Made by a program: the position numbers and the translations under genes
The notes under the pieces: generated by a model
Told to the model about the DNA's origin: nothing
Database searches by the model: none
The model's input: the letters and a program-made list of their open reading frames with translations, nothing else
Shown: in pieces, positions 13,981-26,284 of the stretch
How the letters are laid out: every line of letters starts with the position of its first letter
How positions within the stretch are numbered: the first letter of the stretch is position 1
DNA from: Squalus acanthias
Lineage: Eukaryota
Assembly: GCA_030390025.1 (NCBI GenBank)
Contig: CM059432.1
Span: 83,950,001-84,014,000 of the forward strand
Length of the DNA stretch: 64,000 nt
Direction of reading: 5' to 3'

Positions 13981-14198
13981 CTATATCGGTTAGTGACATC
14001 AGATCTGCAGGTTCTTATTCAGGTATATTAGAAACAGAAGAGTTATCATTTGATGAAAAAAATCTCTAATGACAAACAAATTATAAGACTTATTTGTTGT
14101 TAGTTCTTGAAGCTCATTTTGTGCAGTAACTGCACTGAATGTAATTACAAACAAGATGAAAAAAATATTTTATTTAAACAAGCAATATATCTGTTTAC

Positions 14199-14344
14199 CA
14201 TAGGATGGGATTCCATAATGCTGGCCTGGTTGTGGATAAGTTGCATAAGCTGTTGCTTGCTGCATTCCTGTGGCATACGTAGACTGTCCATATGATGCCA
14301 TGGTTTGTGAAGAAGGGGTAGGGAGAATGTGTGGATATGACCTG
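14199..14344 (-). CDS. EYA1: EYA1 exon: (N)[48 protein letters not shown]
   Basis: Tandem acceptor aaacag|CAG|G, donor TATG|gtaaac; 146 nt; strong EYA1 match. Confidence 0.96.
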
Positions 14345-14666
14345 CTGTTTGTTACAAATGACAGACATAAAACAGAGATTTGCAACAGATCAAAAACTGT
14401 ATAAATGCATAGATCAACTGATAAATTACAGCTAATTCTGCCACTCAGACTTTGATTAAATAAGATAGGAAACAAACTAAAATTCTTTTGAAGAATATTA
14501 AATTTATAAAGGAACATTTTGTAGACAATAATTACTATTGGCTTCAAGACATGTTAGGACATACTTTTCCTCACAAAGCTTAAAATATGATAAATAAGAA
14601 GGAGCTAATTAGAATTTAAATTGCATTTGATGCTGCTTATTTTTTAAAGAATAATAGAAATCTTAC

Positions 14667-14730
14667 TTGGAAGGATAAATCTGTGGAGAGAAGTGATGTG
14701 TTTGTCTTGGGCTAAAGCCACTACCAATTG
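14667..14730 (-). CDS. EYA1: EYA1 exon: (A)IGSGFSPRQTHHFSPQIYPS
   Basis: ctgtacag|CAATTG...TCCAA|gtaaga; 64 nt, phase 1-2; matches EYA1 [23 protein letters not shown]. Confidence 0.94.
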
Positions 14731-15463
14731 CTGTACAGAATTTAAAAGAGAAAATGATTACAAGATAAATATTATGCTAACAGAGTTCTGAAAGCTATAG
14801 AAACTTCTGATTTTGATAATGCTCATTATCATCTCACCAATTTGTTTACATGTTTAAATAATAATACAAGTGCAGTAACATTGATTTCTAATCGTGCTCA
14901 ACTTGTCATTCCATTCTGCTATTCCATCAATACATGTAATACACAAAGATAGTCTTTTTCTTTTTTTCAATTTTCTTCCCTCCTCTCCTGAGAGCAGTGG
15001 GAGACAGCAGAGCCATGCCTAATGCTGTTCTCACCTGATGCATAATCACACATTCCAGCAAGAGTCATTGAATAGCTATCAGGAGTGGGGACTCTGACTG
15101 GGCAAAGCTTTCATCTTTAGCATGGGCGTAAATTGTGCGGTAGTGGATCAGCCATCCATTATACACCAGACACGGTTTTCTTTTCCATTGAGTGGGGTTT
15201 CTGAGGGGCATCCGATCCTCTGCTACCTGTTTTACGCTGAAGTTGAAAGTTTTGCTCACTGTGTTTTTATCTCATTAGCTCATGCTGAAGCCAACTGCAT
15301 TGCCACCACTTCCAGAAGCTAACTCAACACAGATGAATTAACTAATATATTAATTTATACAAGGGTCAATTCTGTGCTCTGAGTGGGAATTGGCACCTGC
15401 AACGAGTGCATCGTGGAAATTGCTGGTGCACAGCCCATGCTTTCTGCCCTTTAAATTTAATGA

Positions 15464-15648
15464 AGGTAATTTCCACCTTCGCCGCTCAGGTGGTAAACTG
15501 ACGGGTGGATCACCGGCCTGTTACAGAACTAGCCTGATTTTCACTCAAATCAATGGAAATTAAAATCTGGAGGGGGAGGAGGTTGTATAACGGTTGGGAA
15601 ATCCGCTCCGGCAGTTTACCTCGCCAGCAGCGAAAGTGAAAATAACCC
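15464..15648. mobile_element. Foldback MITE (~185 bp); related copy 47472-47658
   Basis: Left GGTAATTTCCACCTTCGCCGCT..GGTAAACTGACGG pairs with right CCGGCAGTTTACC..AGCAGCGAAAGTGAAAATAACCC. Confidence 0.7.
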
Positions 15649-16197
15649 TACTGGACAGAAAATCATGGACTTCAAGCACACAGGGGGAAATGTTAAAGTG
15701 TGTGGGTTTGGGTGCGGGTGGAGGGTGAAATCCCGGAAAAATGTGAGTGCGTTGGGAAGCCGGCACCAACCCGTCGACTTCTGCATTTAACTGCAGCGCG
15801 TTAGGCTGCGTGCGAGCAACTCCCTCGGGAGAGGCAGGTGGTCAATTTCATTGTGTTAATCGCTCAATTACAGCGATATTAACGTGGGTTTTGGAGTTTA
15901 ACTTTGGCTCCACGGGTTTCCCAGGCTTCCTGGAACTCACCAGTGAAAGCAAGGTGAGAAAACAATGGCAATTGAGGGGGCTGAAGCCATGACAGGGAAA
16001 GATGTCAATAATACTCAGTACTCATGCTGCTTTCTTACCTGCTTGTGTGACAGGGTTTGCTCACAGTACTTGTGCTGAGAGGTTACTTTACACACTTTGG
16101 AGGTGTCATCTAAAATTTGGAGGTTCAGAGGTCTGATCTGCACTTTGGAGCTCTGATCTACAATATCAGCTTGAATGCCGCTTACGCTGTGTTACTA

Positions 16198-17664
16198 TGG
16201 ACCTCAGATGAGAAGCAAGATGAGCACCAGCAGCACCAGGAGCAGCACCCGCAGCTCCACCAGCAACAATAGAAGGACAAGGGCAGCAAGCGCATGGGAA
16301 CACCACCACCTCTAAGTTCCCCTCCAAGTCACACACCATCCTGACTTAGAAATATATCGCTGTTCCTTCATCGTCGCTGGGTCAAAATCCTGGAACTCCC
16401 TCCCTAACAGCACTGTGGGAGTACCTTCACCACACGGACTGCAGCGGCTCAAGAAGGCGGCTCACCACCACCTTCTCAAGGGCAACTAGGGATGGGCAAT
16501 AAATAATGGCCTTGCCAGCGACGCCCATATCCCATAAACAAATAAAAAAAAAACAGCCAGCTGCTCACAGGCCTGCAGCTCCACAGAAAAGAGGGGATCA
16601 GCAGAGAGGTGCAGTTCGCAGAAGGCCATACCCGGTACACAAGGTCTACAGACAGAGGATGAGCTTCCTCGACATGTCGGAACACCAGTGTCTCAGGAGG
16701 CTCAGGGCATCACGTCAGGTGGTGACAACAGTTGCAGCCTTCGGGAACAAGACCTGCTGCCAACTGGATCTGGTTGCCACCAGTGGCTGTCAAAGTCACT
16801 ACCGGCTTCAACTTTTTTGCCTCTGGATCCTTCCAGGACTCATCTGGAGACATTTGCAGGATCTCGCAGTCAGCGGGACACAAATACATAAGACAGGTGA
16901 CTGATTGCTTCTTTGTCAGGCCCGGCAATTATGTCAACTTCGCCTGAGATGGCGCCAGTCAGAATGAACGGGCGCTCGGGTTTGCGGTTCTGGCTGGCTT
17001 CCCACAGATGCAAGGCATCATCGACTGCATGCATGTGGCAGTTAAGGCACCCATAGATCAACCAAGAGTGTTCGTGAACCGCAAGTGCTTCCACTCCATC
17101 AAAGTGCAGCTGGTGTGCAACCACAAAAAGATCTTTATGCAGGTGTGCGCAAGATTCCCAGGCAGCTGCCATGATGCTTTCGTCCTGCGGCAGTCCACCC
17201 TCCCAAACGTCTTCGCACCTGGAAGCAGAGTTACCAGCTGGCTGCTCGGACACAAGGGATACCCATTTAAAACGTGGCTGATGACACCTCTCGCAAACCT
17301 GAGGAATGAGGAGCGATATAATGAATGCCACATGACCACCAGATGTGTCATTGAATAAGCCATCGGCATGCTGAAGATATGCTTCAGGTACCTGGACAGA
17401 TCTGGAGGCGCCCTTCAGTTCACACCAGTCAGGGTTTCCTGAATGGTCGTGGTGTGCTGCGCTCTGCACAACATTGCGCAGCAGCAAGGTTTGGACCTGC
17501 AGGAGGAACAAGGCGCAGAGCACAGAGCCTCTTCAGAGGATTCTGAGGATGAGGAGGAAGACGAGGAGGAGGAGGAGGAGGAGGTGGAAGGTGATGTGGG
17601 CAATGCACCACCAGTGGCACACATTGCTGCCTGGGATGCCATCATTATTGCAAGGTTCACTTAG
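16198..17664 (+). pseudogene. Harbinger (HARBI1-like, DDE_Tnp_4) transposase pseudogene
   Basis: [39 protein letters not shown] (catalytic D>H), CCALHN; stops, frameshifts and a LINE insertion. Confidence 0.9.
16270..16553 (+). mobile_element. LINE 3' stub inserted in the Q-rich N-terminus of transposase A
   Basis: Matches ~4462-4729; poly-A tail. Confidence 0.85.
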
Positions 17665-17949
17665 GTTCCACTAGTGCAACCATCTAACAACCACATGCAA
17701 AAGCCACTTTTGCTACCCCCCCAATTCCCCTCCCCCACCCAATGCCACTAACGCAAACAACCAAGCCTCCCTTTCACAGCCCCCCATTGCTCGGCGTCAA
17801 TTCATGTCTTCCCATTGATTATTACATAACTGAAAAGGCCACTTGCCAGCCAGAAAGAATGGGAAAGACGTGAAAGTGGTACAAAAGAATAATATTTATG
17901 TGGCTCACACATAAAACAGAAACTTAACATTTAACAATGTGTAACTCAC

Positions 17950-20097
17950 CCATGTGCATACCCTTGTGCGACTACAAATCTTTACTCTTCCGTTTCCTAC
18001 CACTGATACAAGTGCAACCCCTGTGGCTTCAGCAGAGGCAGCAGTGTGCTCATATCCCTGCTCCGACAGCTGAAATGCTCTTGGCCAATGTCCTCTGTGT
18101 TTTGGAGCCCGTGAGGGCCCCGCCAAAGACTGCTCCACCTGCACCCGTACAGGGGCAGACTCACCCATCGGGACATGAGACAGCATGTGGCGTACTGACT
18201 GAGGGGGTGAGGCGGCAACGAGTGAGAAGCGGAAGAAGTGCTTTGAGCCGAGTCCCCACTTCCGTGTCCCCTTTCACCATCATCCCTCTCATGGCCCAGC
18301 CACATCCCCTGCTAGCAATGTGCTGGAGAACACTTTGCTGCAGATCAGTGGGGCGATGAACGGCCAAGGCTAGGGTATTATTTATCCTAATTAAAGTGGC
18401 ATTTATAGTGTGCAAGCAATTGGTGAGGGCCTGCATCCACTCGTGTGATTGCTGCATTTGATGCTCCATGCAGGTGGCCACTCTGTCCATAGTCGAAGAC
18501 ATCATCACAAAGGCCTGCAACATCATGCCACTCATACTCGAGATGGACTCCTCCAATCTCTCTGCAAGCGTGCACAGTGTAGCTGGAATGCCTGTCAGTA
18601 CATCGGGCATTCTCTGCTGCTGCTCCAGAAGTATCCTGTTCGTCGACGGCCCCCGAGGTACAGTATCTGTGCCCAGCTGAGCAAAGCTTGGAGCGTCCTG
18701 CGCCCTCTGATGCGGACTCTCCACTGCTGTCCCTGTCTGCACCATCTGCTCATGCTCACTTATGATGTGTGAGTCACCAGGTGAAAACAATCTGCCTTAC
18801 TGGTCCCACCGAAGTGTGAGTACCTGAGCTGCTACATGCTCTGCATGAGTCCTGTGACGGTGCACCCTCCGAGTGAGTGACCTCCTCTGGGAGTCAGCAG
18901 TGGCCAGCTGGACCACCTCCTCCTCTGAAGGCCCTGTAGGAGATAAAAGACATGAATGAGTACTGCCAATGTAAGAATGTTTGACGTAATCATTTTGCAC
19001 ATGATCATATTTCACTCGCTGTTGACATCAAGTTGCATGGCATGTCTGATATTTAATTCTGTCACCAGACGGCTGGGAGGCCCCCATCTACGATGGCCAG
19101 GCATGCTGAGACTCCATCAATTTCCAGTGCCTCCTTCTCTGCACTTGTTAGCTGTGAGATGGCTGGAATGCCACCTCCGGTTCTCTGCCTCTCCCTTGCG
19201 TTCTGTGCTCTCTTCTCCTGTAAGAAGGGAAAGAGGAGACCTGTGAGTGATAGTTATGTATGTGTTGAACGTAACTTTTTTAAAAATTTATTCACGGGAT
19301 GTAGATATGCTTGAGCTTTCATTGCCCATCCCAAATTGCCCTTCTTGAATACAACTGAATGGCTTGCTGGGCCATTTCAGATGGCAGTTAAGAGTCAACC
19401 ACATTGCTGTAGGTTTTGAGTTACACATAGGCCAGACCAGGTAAGGATGGCAGCTTTCCTTCCCTAAAGCACATTAGTGAATCCAGATGGGTTTTATACA
19501 ATTACTAAAACTAACTTTTTATTCCAAATTAATTGAATTTAAATTCCCCAGCTGCTATGGTGGGATTTGAACTCCTATTTCCAGATTATTAATGCAGGCC
19601 TCTGGATTACTAGTCCCGTAACATAACCACTATGCTACCGTTGCCCCATGAGGGAGAAAAGTGACATTGCATAAGGATGAGGGTGAGTGTCAGCGGTGGA
19701 TGGACAGATGGGGATGTGAGGAAGTGCATAGACAGAGAGGGATGGGTGCACCTGCAAGGTGAGTTGGTGTGAGGAGTGAAGTGCTGGAGTAGGCTTGAGA
19801 AGGCAGAGTGAGGGGAATTGGGGTGATATGCACATCAGTATATAGGTGACTGTACCATTGCTCTGACCTTACCTGCCTGCTTGGGTCATTGAACCACTGT
19901 ATCCATGAGCATTGCACCATGCTCCTGCTGCTGACCTCTTGTGCCACCTCCAACCATGCCTTCTTGGTGTCCCTAGCCGGTTTCATCCTCCCGTCGCTAG
20001 GGAAGAGTATATCCCTCCAGGTCCTCACAGCCCCCAGCAGCACATCCAGGGAGGCATCACTGAACTGAGGCGCAGCCTTTGACCTTCTGGACTCCAT
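17950..20097 (-). pseudogene. Spliced Myb/SANT-like DNA-binding partner gene of Harbinger A (exons ~20097-19873, 19217-19066, 18933-17950)
   Basis: APQFSDASLDVLL..W.EVA.EV..WIQ..FND; exon 2 EKRAQNARERQRTGGG; GT-AG boundaries. Confidence 0.8.
19277..19648 (-). mobile_element. tRNA-derived SINE with a 3' tail like the 2253/3781 LINE
   Basis: Head GGTAGCATAGTGGTTA..GAGTTCAAATCCC (A/B boxes); tail AAGGGCAATTTGGGATGGGCAAT. Confidence 0.7.
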
Positions 20098-20510
20098 TCT
20101 AGCACTCCCTTCTCTTTGACTCCAAACTGCAAACTCCTTCAAATTGCATGATTGGAGTGTCCCTTTAAATTCTGGGGTTGAAATCGCCTCATGCGGGTCG
20201 TCATCATGCCCGCTGACGCTAATTTGTTGGGAAATCTGGAAATCATATGGTAATGCAGTGGCTGGGTTAAAAAGCCATTGACAGATGCGGTGCACTGACT
20301 TCTGGGGTTCTGGTGCGACACCGGACAGCCCCACTCCCAGCGCGTCACAAACTTAAAATCCAGGCAACAATAACGTGCCCCTGTGAGCACCGCATTGGAG
20401 AACAGAATCAACCTTATAGTTAGAAGTGAAAATCCTATTCCACTAATCTATGTACCATTAAATTCAGTGTATAGACTATACCTGTGTAAAATGCAGCTAT
20501 ATTTGTAAAT

Positions 20511-20985
20511 ATCATAGAATAGTACAGCACAGAAGGAGGCCATTCAACCTACCGAGTCTGCGCTGGCTCTTTCGAAGAACAATCCAGTTAGTCCCACTCC
20601 CCTGATCTTTCCCCATATCCCTGCAATTTTTTCTCCTTCAAATATTTATCCAATTCCCTTTTGAAGGTTACTATTGAATCTGTATCCACCACCCTATCAG
20701 GCAGTGCATTCCAAATCCGAACCACTCGTTGCATAAAAATGTTTTTCCTCATGTCACCTCTGGGGTTTTTTTCCAATCACCTTAAATCTGTGCCCTCTGG
20801 TTATCAACCCATCAGCAATTGGAAACAGTTTCTTTTTATTTACTCTATCTAAACCCTTCATTATTTTAAATACCTCTATCAAATCTCCAATTAGCCTTCT
20901 CTGCTCTAACAAGAACAACCTCAGCCTCTCCAGTCTATCCATGTAACTGTAATCCCTCATCCCTGGAAGCTTTCTAGTGAATATG
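20511..20985 (-). mobile_element. CR1 3' fragment
   Basis: LEQRRLIGDLIEVFK; QRVVRIWNALP. Confidence 0.88.
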
Positions 20986-21009
20986 GTACACAAGTCCCAA
21001 TAGAGTTGT

Positions 21010-21500
21010 TGATTTTATACCGCTTCCAACTCAGATCCTGTTCAACTTCTTTCTGGATATTACTAATAAAGCAACAAGTGGAAGTCCCTGTCATATAGGC
21101 TATTTGGACTTTCAGAAAGGCTTTGACATGGTGCCATATGAGAGATTACTAATAAAACGAAAGGCCATACTTATCCAGGTTAGAATGGGACTGGATAAAG
21201 AGATGGATAAATATTAAAAAGACAATGCTTATGAGAGTTATCATATCAGACTGTTGAGTGGAGTGCCACATGGGTTAGTGCATGTTCTTTCTTACCTAAT
21301 TAAATCTTTTGGGTGCAGCAGTGAATTGTAAAGTGGTCAAATTGCCAGACAACACTAAAATAGGAAGAGAAGTAGGGATAGAGGATGCAGTTAACTATTT
21401 ACAGATGGATTTAAATCAACTATGCAATTGTGCAGGAAAATGGCAAATGGAATTTAATACTGACAATGTGTTGTATATTCGGTGAAAAATTGAGTGACAT
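21010..21500 (+). mobile_element. Heavily decayed CR1 RT fragment
   Basis: LDFQKGFDMVP and KWQMEFN remnants. Confidence 0.6.
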
Positions 21501-21609
21501 GGGTATATGCGAGGGAATAGAATTAACATAGGCAGTTTTAAAAACAAGCTTTTGGAGTAACAGTAGACTCATGGCTTTCAATGTTGATGCAATATGGAAA
21601 ATAAATATA

Positions 21610-22060
21610 AAAAGCTGACTTTCTGGCAGTAATACGTCATTCACGTCAACCATATCCTTGAGTGCCTCTTCATCTTGCTCATCCCCTGAAGGCAGCAGCA
21701 CATTGGACTCCTGCATGCTGATGCCTCTCTTGATTCCGATATTATTAAGCAACCCCCCTAACTAATTTGGACACCTTAAATGGGTGTATTACAAGGAAAC
21801 GTCCCCAACCCGCCATAAAACAGCATCCTCCTCCGTGATTGAGGCAAACAAATCATGGTATTAGGACTTCAAAGCACTGCTCAATGAGTGCCCTGGTTTT
21901 GGCATGGGCCTCATTTTAGTACTCCTCAGCCATATCAATTGTCAGAGTGGTTAGTATCATTAGCCAAGATTGAAAAAACTCATCAGAATGCCCCAGAAGT
22001 CATCCATGCAGCATACTATCCCCCTGGAATAACTCTTGATTGTTGGAATATTGCAATTTG
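21610..22060 (-). pseudogene. Old Harbinger transposase C-terminal remnant
   Basis: NEAHAKTRALIEQCF..FVCL..GG..LNNI followed by an acidic tail. Confidence 0.6.
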
Positions 22061-22349
22061 TTAGACTTGGAAATCTTTTGGGTGTGCGGCCCCTTCACAG
22101 TTTCACACATGTCCAAAGTTTAACATGGGAAAAGCCAGTCCCAGGCTACGTGGGACCGGCAGAGAGCTGCGTGGCCGCGCAGCTTAGAGGGAACGTTGGT
22201 GACAAGTGGTGTTCCCCAGGGATCTATACTGGGGCTTCAGCTTTTCACCATATATATCAATGACTTGGATGAAGGAATAGAGAGTTGTATATCCGTAAGT
22301 TGTGTGGATGGGAGCTAGAAGTTACAAAGGGATATAGATAGACTAAGTG

Positions 22350-22440
22350 GGATTATTCTGAGTTCAGGCGATAGTGTATAACGGGTGATATTGAATCAGC
22401 TGTCCATTATACACTATTACCCGAAGCCAAAATTATCCCC
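22350..22440. mobile_element. ~90-bp palindromic MITE
   Basis: Inverted halves (GATAGTGTATAA / TTATACACTATT); GTG on both sides; interrupts the CR1. Confidence 0.7.
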
Positions 22441-22549
22441 GTGAATGGCCAAAACTATGGCAGATGGAGTTTAATGTAGGAAGTGCGAGGTCATCCACTT
22501 TGGATCTGAGAAAGAGAAACTGGAATATTTTCTTAACGGTGAGAGATTA

Positions 22550-23292
22550 GGGGGGAGAAATTCATTATAGCCCCATTTGGGGCGCTAAAACTTCGAAAGC
22601 TGAAAAATTAGTGCCAGGCGCGAATGATGATAGGCTCCTGTGAAATTCAGTTCTAGCGCTCCAGGAAGGAAGTGATGCGCTAAATCAAGCGCTGCCATGT
22701 CCCTTGGAGCGCTAAAGCCAACAAGAGGGGCGGTAGCGGTGCAGCGCTGCCCAATGTCGAGGGCAGCGCTGCCGGGAACAGAGGTTCCTTCCCTCCCTTA
22801 AAGGGAAGGGCCATCGCTGCAGGTTCTGCATTGAAATGAGGTCCCTCGTCGCCGATGGCAGTCGCGATCCGGCACGATCAGCCCCAAGCACTCTAGCAGA
22901 GTGCAGGGCTGATCGATCGAGGCCAATGGAAATGCTGAAAAATGGACGTAAGGCATTAAGAAGATTTTTTTTTCACGCAACCATCATCACCTTTAAATAC
23001 CGCTCCCCAAGCAGCCGGCCTCCCTGACAACGCCTCCTGTTGGTGTTGTCGCCCGGCGATGCTGCAGGGGGCGGAACCAAATTTTGGGTCCGGGGCGCTA
23101 CGCAGCACGATGATGTCACGATCTCTGGGCGCAGGAGATTGTGGCACTAGGGGTCACCGCTGCCGCAAACCTCGACGGGAATTTCACGGGCATCGGTACT
23201 CTTGCCGCGTCCGGTCGCAAAGCTGGTAGCGCCCTGTCATCATCCCCCGGAGGCGCTAATGGGAGGCGCAAAGGAGGTGAATTTCTAGCCCC
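22550..23292. mobile_element. GC-rich non-autonomous Harbinger-type element
   Basis: Termini GGGGGAGAAATT / AATTTCTAGCCC; inverted relative of 5576-6258. Confidence 0.75.
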
Positions 23293-23762
23293 TGGTATTG
23301 TGGAGGAGCAAAGGGATTTAGGTGTCTATGTACACAAATCACTAAAAGCTGGTGCACAGGTACAAAAAGTAATCAAAGAGGTAAATGGAATGTTGGCCTT
23401 TATCTGCAGGGGTTGGAATTCAAAAGTGAGGAAGTGATGCTTCAGTTGTACAGAGCCTTGGTCAGACCCCAACTGGAGTACGGCATTCAGTTTTGGGCAC
23501 TGAACCTCATATATTGGCCTTGGAAGAGGTACAGAGCAGATTGACCAGAATGATACCAGGGCTTAAAGGATTAAATTATGAAGACATGTTGCATAAACCT
23601 GGCTTGTATTCCCTTGAGCTTAGAAGGTAGAGAGGCGAGCTAATTGAGGTACTGAAGGTCACAGAATCATACAGCACAGAAGGACATTCGCCTGCTCTTT
23701 CCTCATAGCCCTGCAAATTTCTCCTTTTCCAGTACATAGCCAATTCCCATTTGAAAGTTTCA

Positions 23763-24222
23763 GTGTCAGCTGTGGCTCAGTTGGTAGCACACTTGCCTCT
23801 GAGTCAGAAGGTTGTGGGTTCAGAGTCCCACTCCAGGGACTTGAGCACATAAATCTAGGCTGACACTCCAGTGCAATGCTGAGGGAGTGCTGCACTGTCG
23901 GGGGTGCCGTCTTTCAGATAAGATGTTAAACCGAGGCCCGTCTGCTCTCTCAGGTGGATGTAAAAGATCCCATGGCACTATTTTGAAGAAGAGCAGGGGA
24001 GTTATCCCTGGTGTCCTAGCCAATATTTATCCCTTAATCAACATAACAAAAACACATGATCACATTGCTGTTTGTGGGAGCTTGCTGTGCGCAAATTGGC
24101 TGCTGCGTTTCCCACATTACAACAGTGACTACACTCCAAAAGTACTTCATTGGCTGTAAAGCGCTTTGAGATGTCCGGTGGTTGTGAAAGGCACTATATA
24201 AATGTAAGTCTTTCTTTCTTTT
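23763..24222 (+). mobile_element. tRNA-derived Deu-type SINE (SacSINE1-like) inside a minus-strand CR1 stub (23659-24272)
   Basis: A box TGGCTCAGTTGG, B-box-like GGTTCAGAGTCCC, core AAAGATCCCATGGCACT..GGTGTCC, L2-like tail and (CTTT)n. Confidence 0.8.
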
Positions 24223-24626
24223 CTATTGAATGTGCTTCGACCACCCTTTCAGACAATGCATTCCAGATCATATCAAATGATTAAGGGATTCAACAGGGTA
24301 GATAGAGAGAAATTATTTCCTCTGGTAGGGAAATCCAGAACAAGCAGGCATAATCTTAAAATTTGAGCTAGACCATTTAGGAGTAAAATCAGGAAGTATT
24401 TTTTCACACAAAGGGTAGTGGAAATTTGGAATTCGCTATCCCAAAAGGCTGTGGATGCTGGGTCAATTGAAATGTTCAGAATTGAGATCGGTAGATTTTT
24501 GTTAGGTAAGGGCATCAAGGGATATGGAGCAAAGGTAGGTAAATGGAGTACAGATCATCCATGATCTAAGTGAATGGTGGAACTGGTCAAGGGGCTGAAT
24601 GGCCTACTCTTGTTCCTATGTTCCTA

Positions 24627-26100
24627 AATGGCTCCCTCTACTCAGGTACTGTCCCCCTCCCTTTCAAAGCTGTCATCATCACCCCCTCCTTAAAAATCTA
24701 CCCTTCATCCCTCTGTCCTTACAAACCACCACCCCATCACCAACCTCCCCTTCCTTTCTACAGTTCTTGATCATGTGCTAACCACCCAAATAATGCCCAT
24801 CCTTCGCACAACTCTATGTCTGAATTTCTCCAATCAGTCTCCACCCCTGCCACAGCACTGAAATGGCTCTAATCAAGTCAAAAATGACAGCCTCTATGAC
24901 TGTCACCGTGGTACATTATTGTTCCTCATCCTCACCAACCTCCCTGCAGCCTTTGACACAGTCGACCATACCATCCTTCTCTAATGCCTTTCTTCTATTG
25001 TCCAGCTCAGTAGAATTGCCCTTGCTTGGTTCCATTGTTACCTATCTGATTGTAGCCAGAGCATCCCCAGCAATGGCTTCTCTTTTTACCTTTGGAGTCA
25101 CCCAAGAATCTATCCTTGGCCTGATGCTTTTCCTCATCTATATACTGCCCTTTGGCAACATCATCTGCAAGACATGGTTAGCTGCCAACACCCAGCTCTA
25201 CCGTTCCACCATATCTCTCAACCCCTCCACTGCCTCTGTGTTGTCAGACTGCTTGTCTGATATCCAGTCATGGATGAGTTGCAATTTCCTTCCGGTTAAT
25301 CACTGGAAAGACTGAAGCCATCGTCTTTGACCCGGCCACAAACTCCGAACACTCGCCAGCAATTCTATCTTCCTTTCCGTCCACTGTCTCAGGCAGAACC
25401 AGACTGTTTGCAACACCATCTGTCCTATTCGACCCCACGTTGAATTTCATATCCCATACACTATCCATAACAAAGAATGCCTACTTTCATCTTTGTAACT
25501 TTGCCCGCCTCAGCTCATCTGCTGCCAAAATCCTTATTCATGCCTTTGTCACCTTGAGACTCGACTATGTAGTTTCCTGGCCGACCTCACATCCTCTACT
25601 CTCTGTAAAGTTTAGTTCATCCAAAACTCTGCTGCCATATCCGATTCCGCACCAGGTCTTACTCACCCCAGTCCTCGCTGACCTACATTGGATCTCGATC
25701 CCCCAAAGCCTGAAACGTAAAATTCTCATCCTCGTGTTTAAATTACTTCATAGCCTTTCCCCTCCCTATCTCTGTTAGCTCCTCCAGCCCTACAACACCA
25801 CCCACCCCCGCCCCAACAAATCTCTGACCTTTTGTGCTCTTCCCCCACTTGCTCCAATATTGGCAGCTTTGCCTTCAGCCGTCTAGGCCCCATGCTCTAG
25901 AATTGCCTCCCTACATCCCTCCGCCACTCCACCTCTCCCTCCTCCTTTTAAGAGCCTCCTTAAAATCCATCTCTTTAAACCAACCTTTTGATCACCACTC
26001 AATATATCCCTCTTTGGCTTGGCGTCCATTTTTATCTGATAGTACCTTGGGACTTTTTTCTACGTTATAGGCACTATATAAATGCAAGTTGTTGTTGTTT
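24627..26100 (+). mobile_element. L2 LINE 3' part, decayed
   Basis: AFDTVDH, DIQSWMS, LIHAFVTLRLDY, LADLHW; tail GCACTATATAAATGCAA(GTT)n. Confidence 0.85.
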
Positions 26101-26284
26101 GTGTTGCTAAAGATTTTAACTTAATCTGCAGCAGCATTTGCTGCTGTTACCTCAATTTTTGATGTTCCCTGCTAAATTTAGCACCTGCTGCAGTGGATGT
26201 TTGGCTTATGCATTCACATTAAATTCGCTACCTGAAGCATACGGCTCATGACTGCATTCTGCTACCAACTGGAATGAAGAGACT

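Larger units (their letters stand above)
15683..20365. mobile_element. PIF/Harbinger transposon A (decayed, near full length; ends approximate)
   Basis: Convergent transposase (+) and Myb/SANT (-) genes; degenerate inverted termini. Confidence 0.85.
22195..24626 (+). mobile_element. CR1 LINE carrying four nested insertions
   Basis: [23 protein letters not shown] and QRDLGV..SLK motifs resume after each insertion. Confidence 0.85.

Noticed and set aside
16198..17664. Domesticated HARBI1 host gene (also 32942-34157)
   Set aside because: Stops, frameshifts, insertions and adjacent Myb/SANT partners show decayed transposons.
22540..22552. Insertion hotspot in CR1 (insertions here and at 43171 hit nearly the same LNGE position)
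   Set aside because: Only two events, from different element classes; coincidence is likely.
23763..23840. tRNA gene
   Set aside because: tRNA-derived SINE head continuing into a SINE body and tail.
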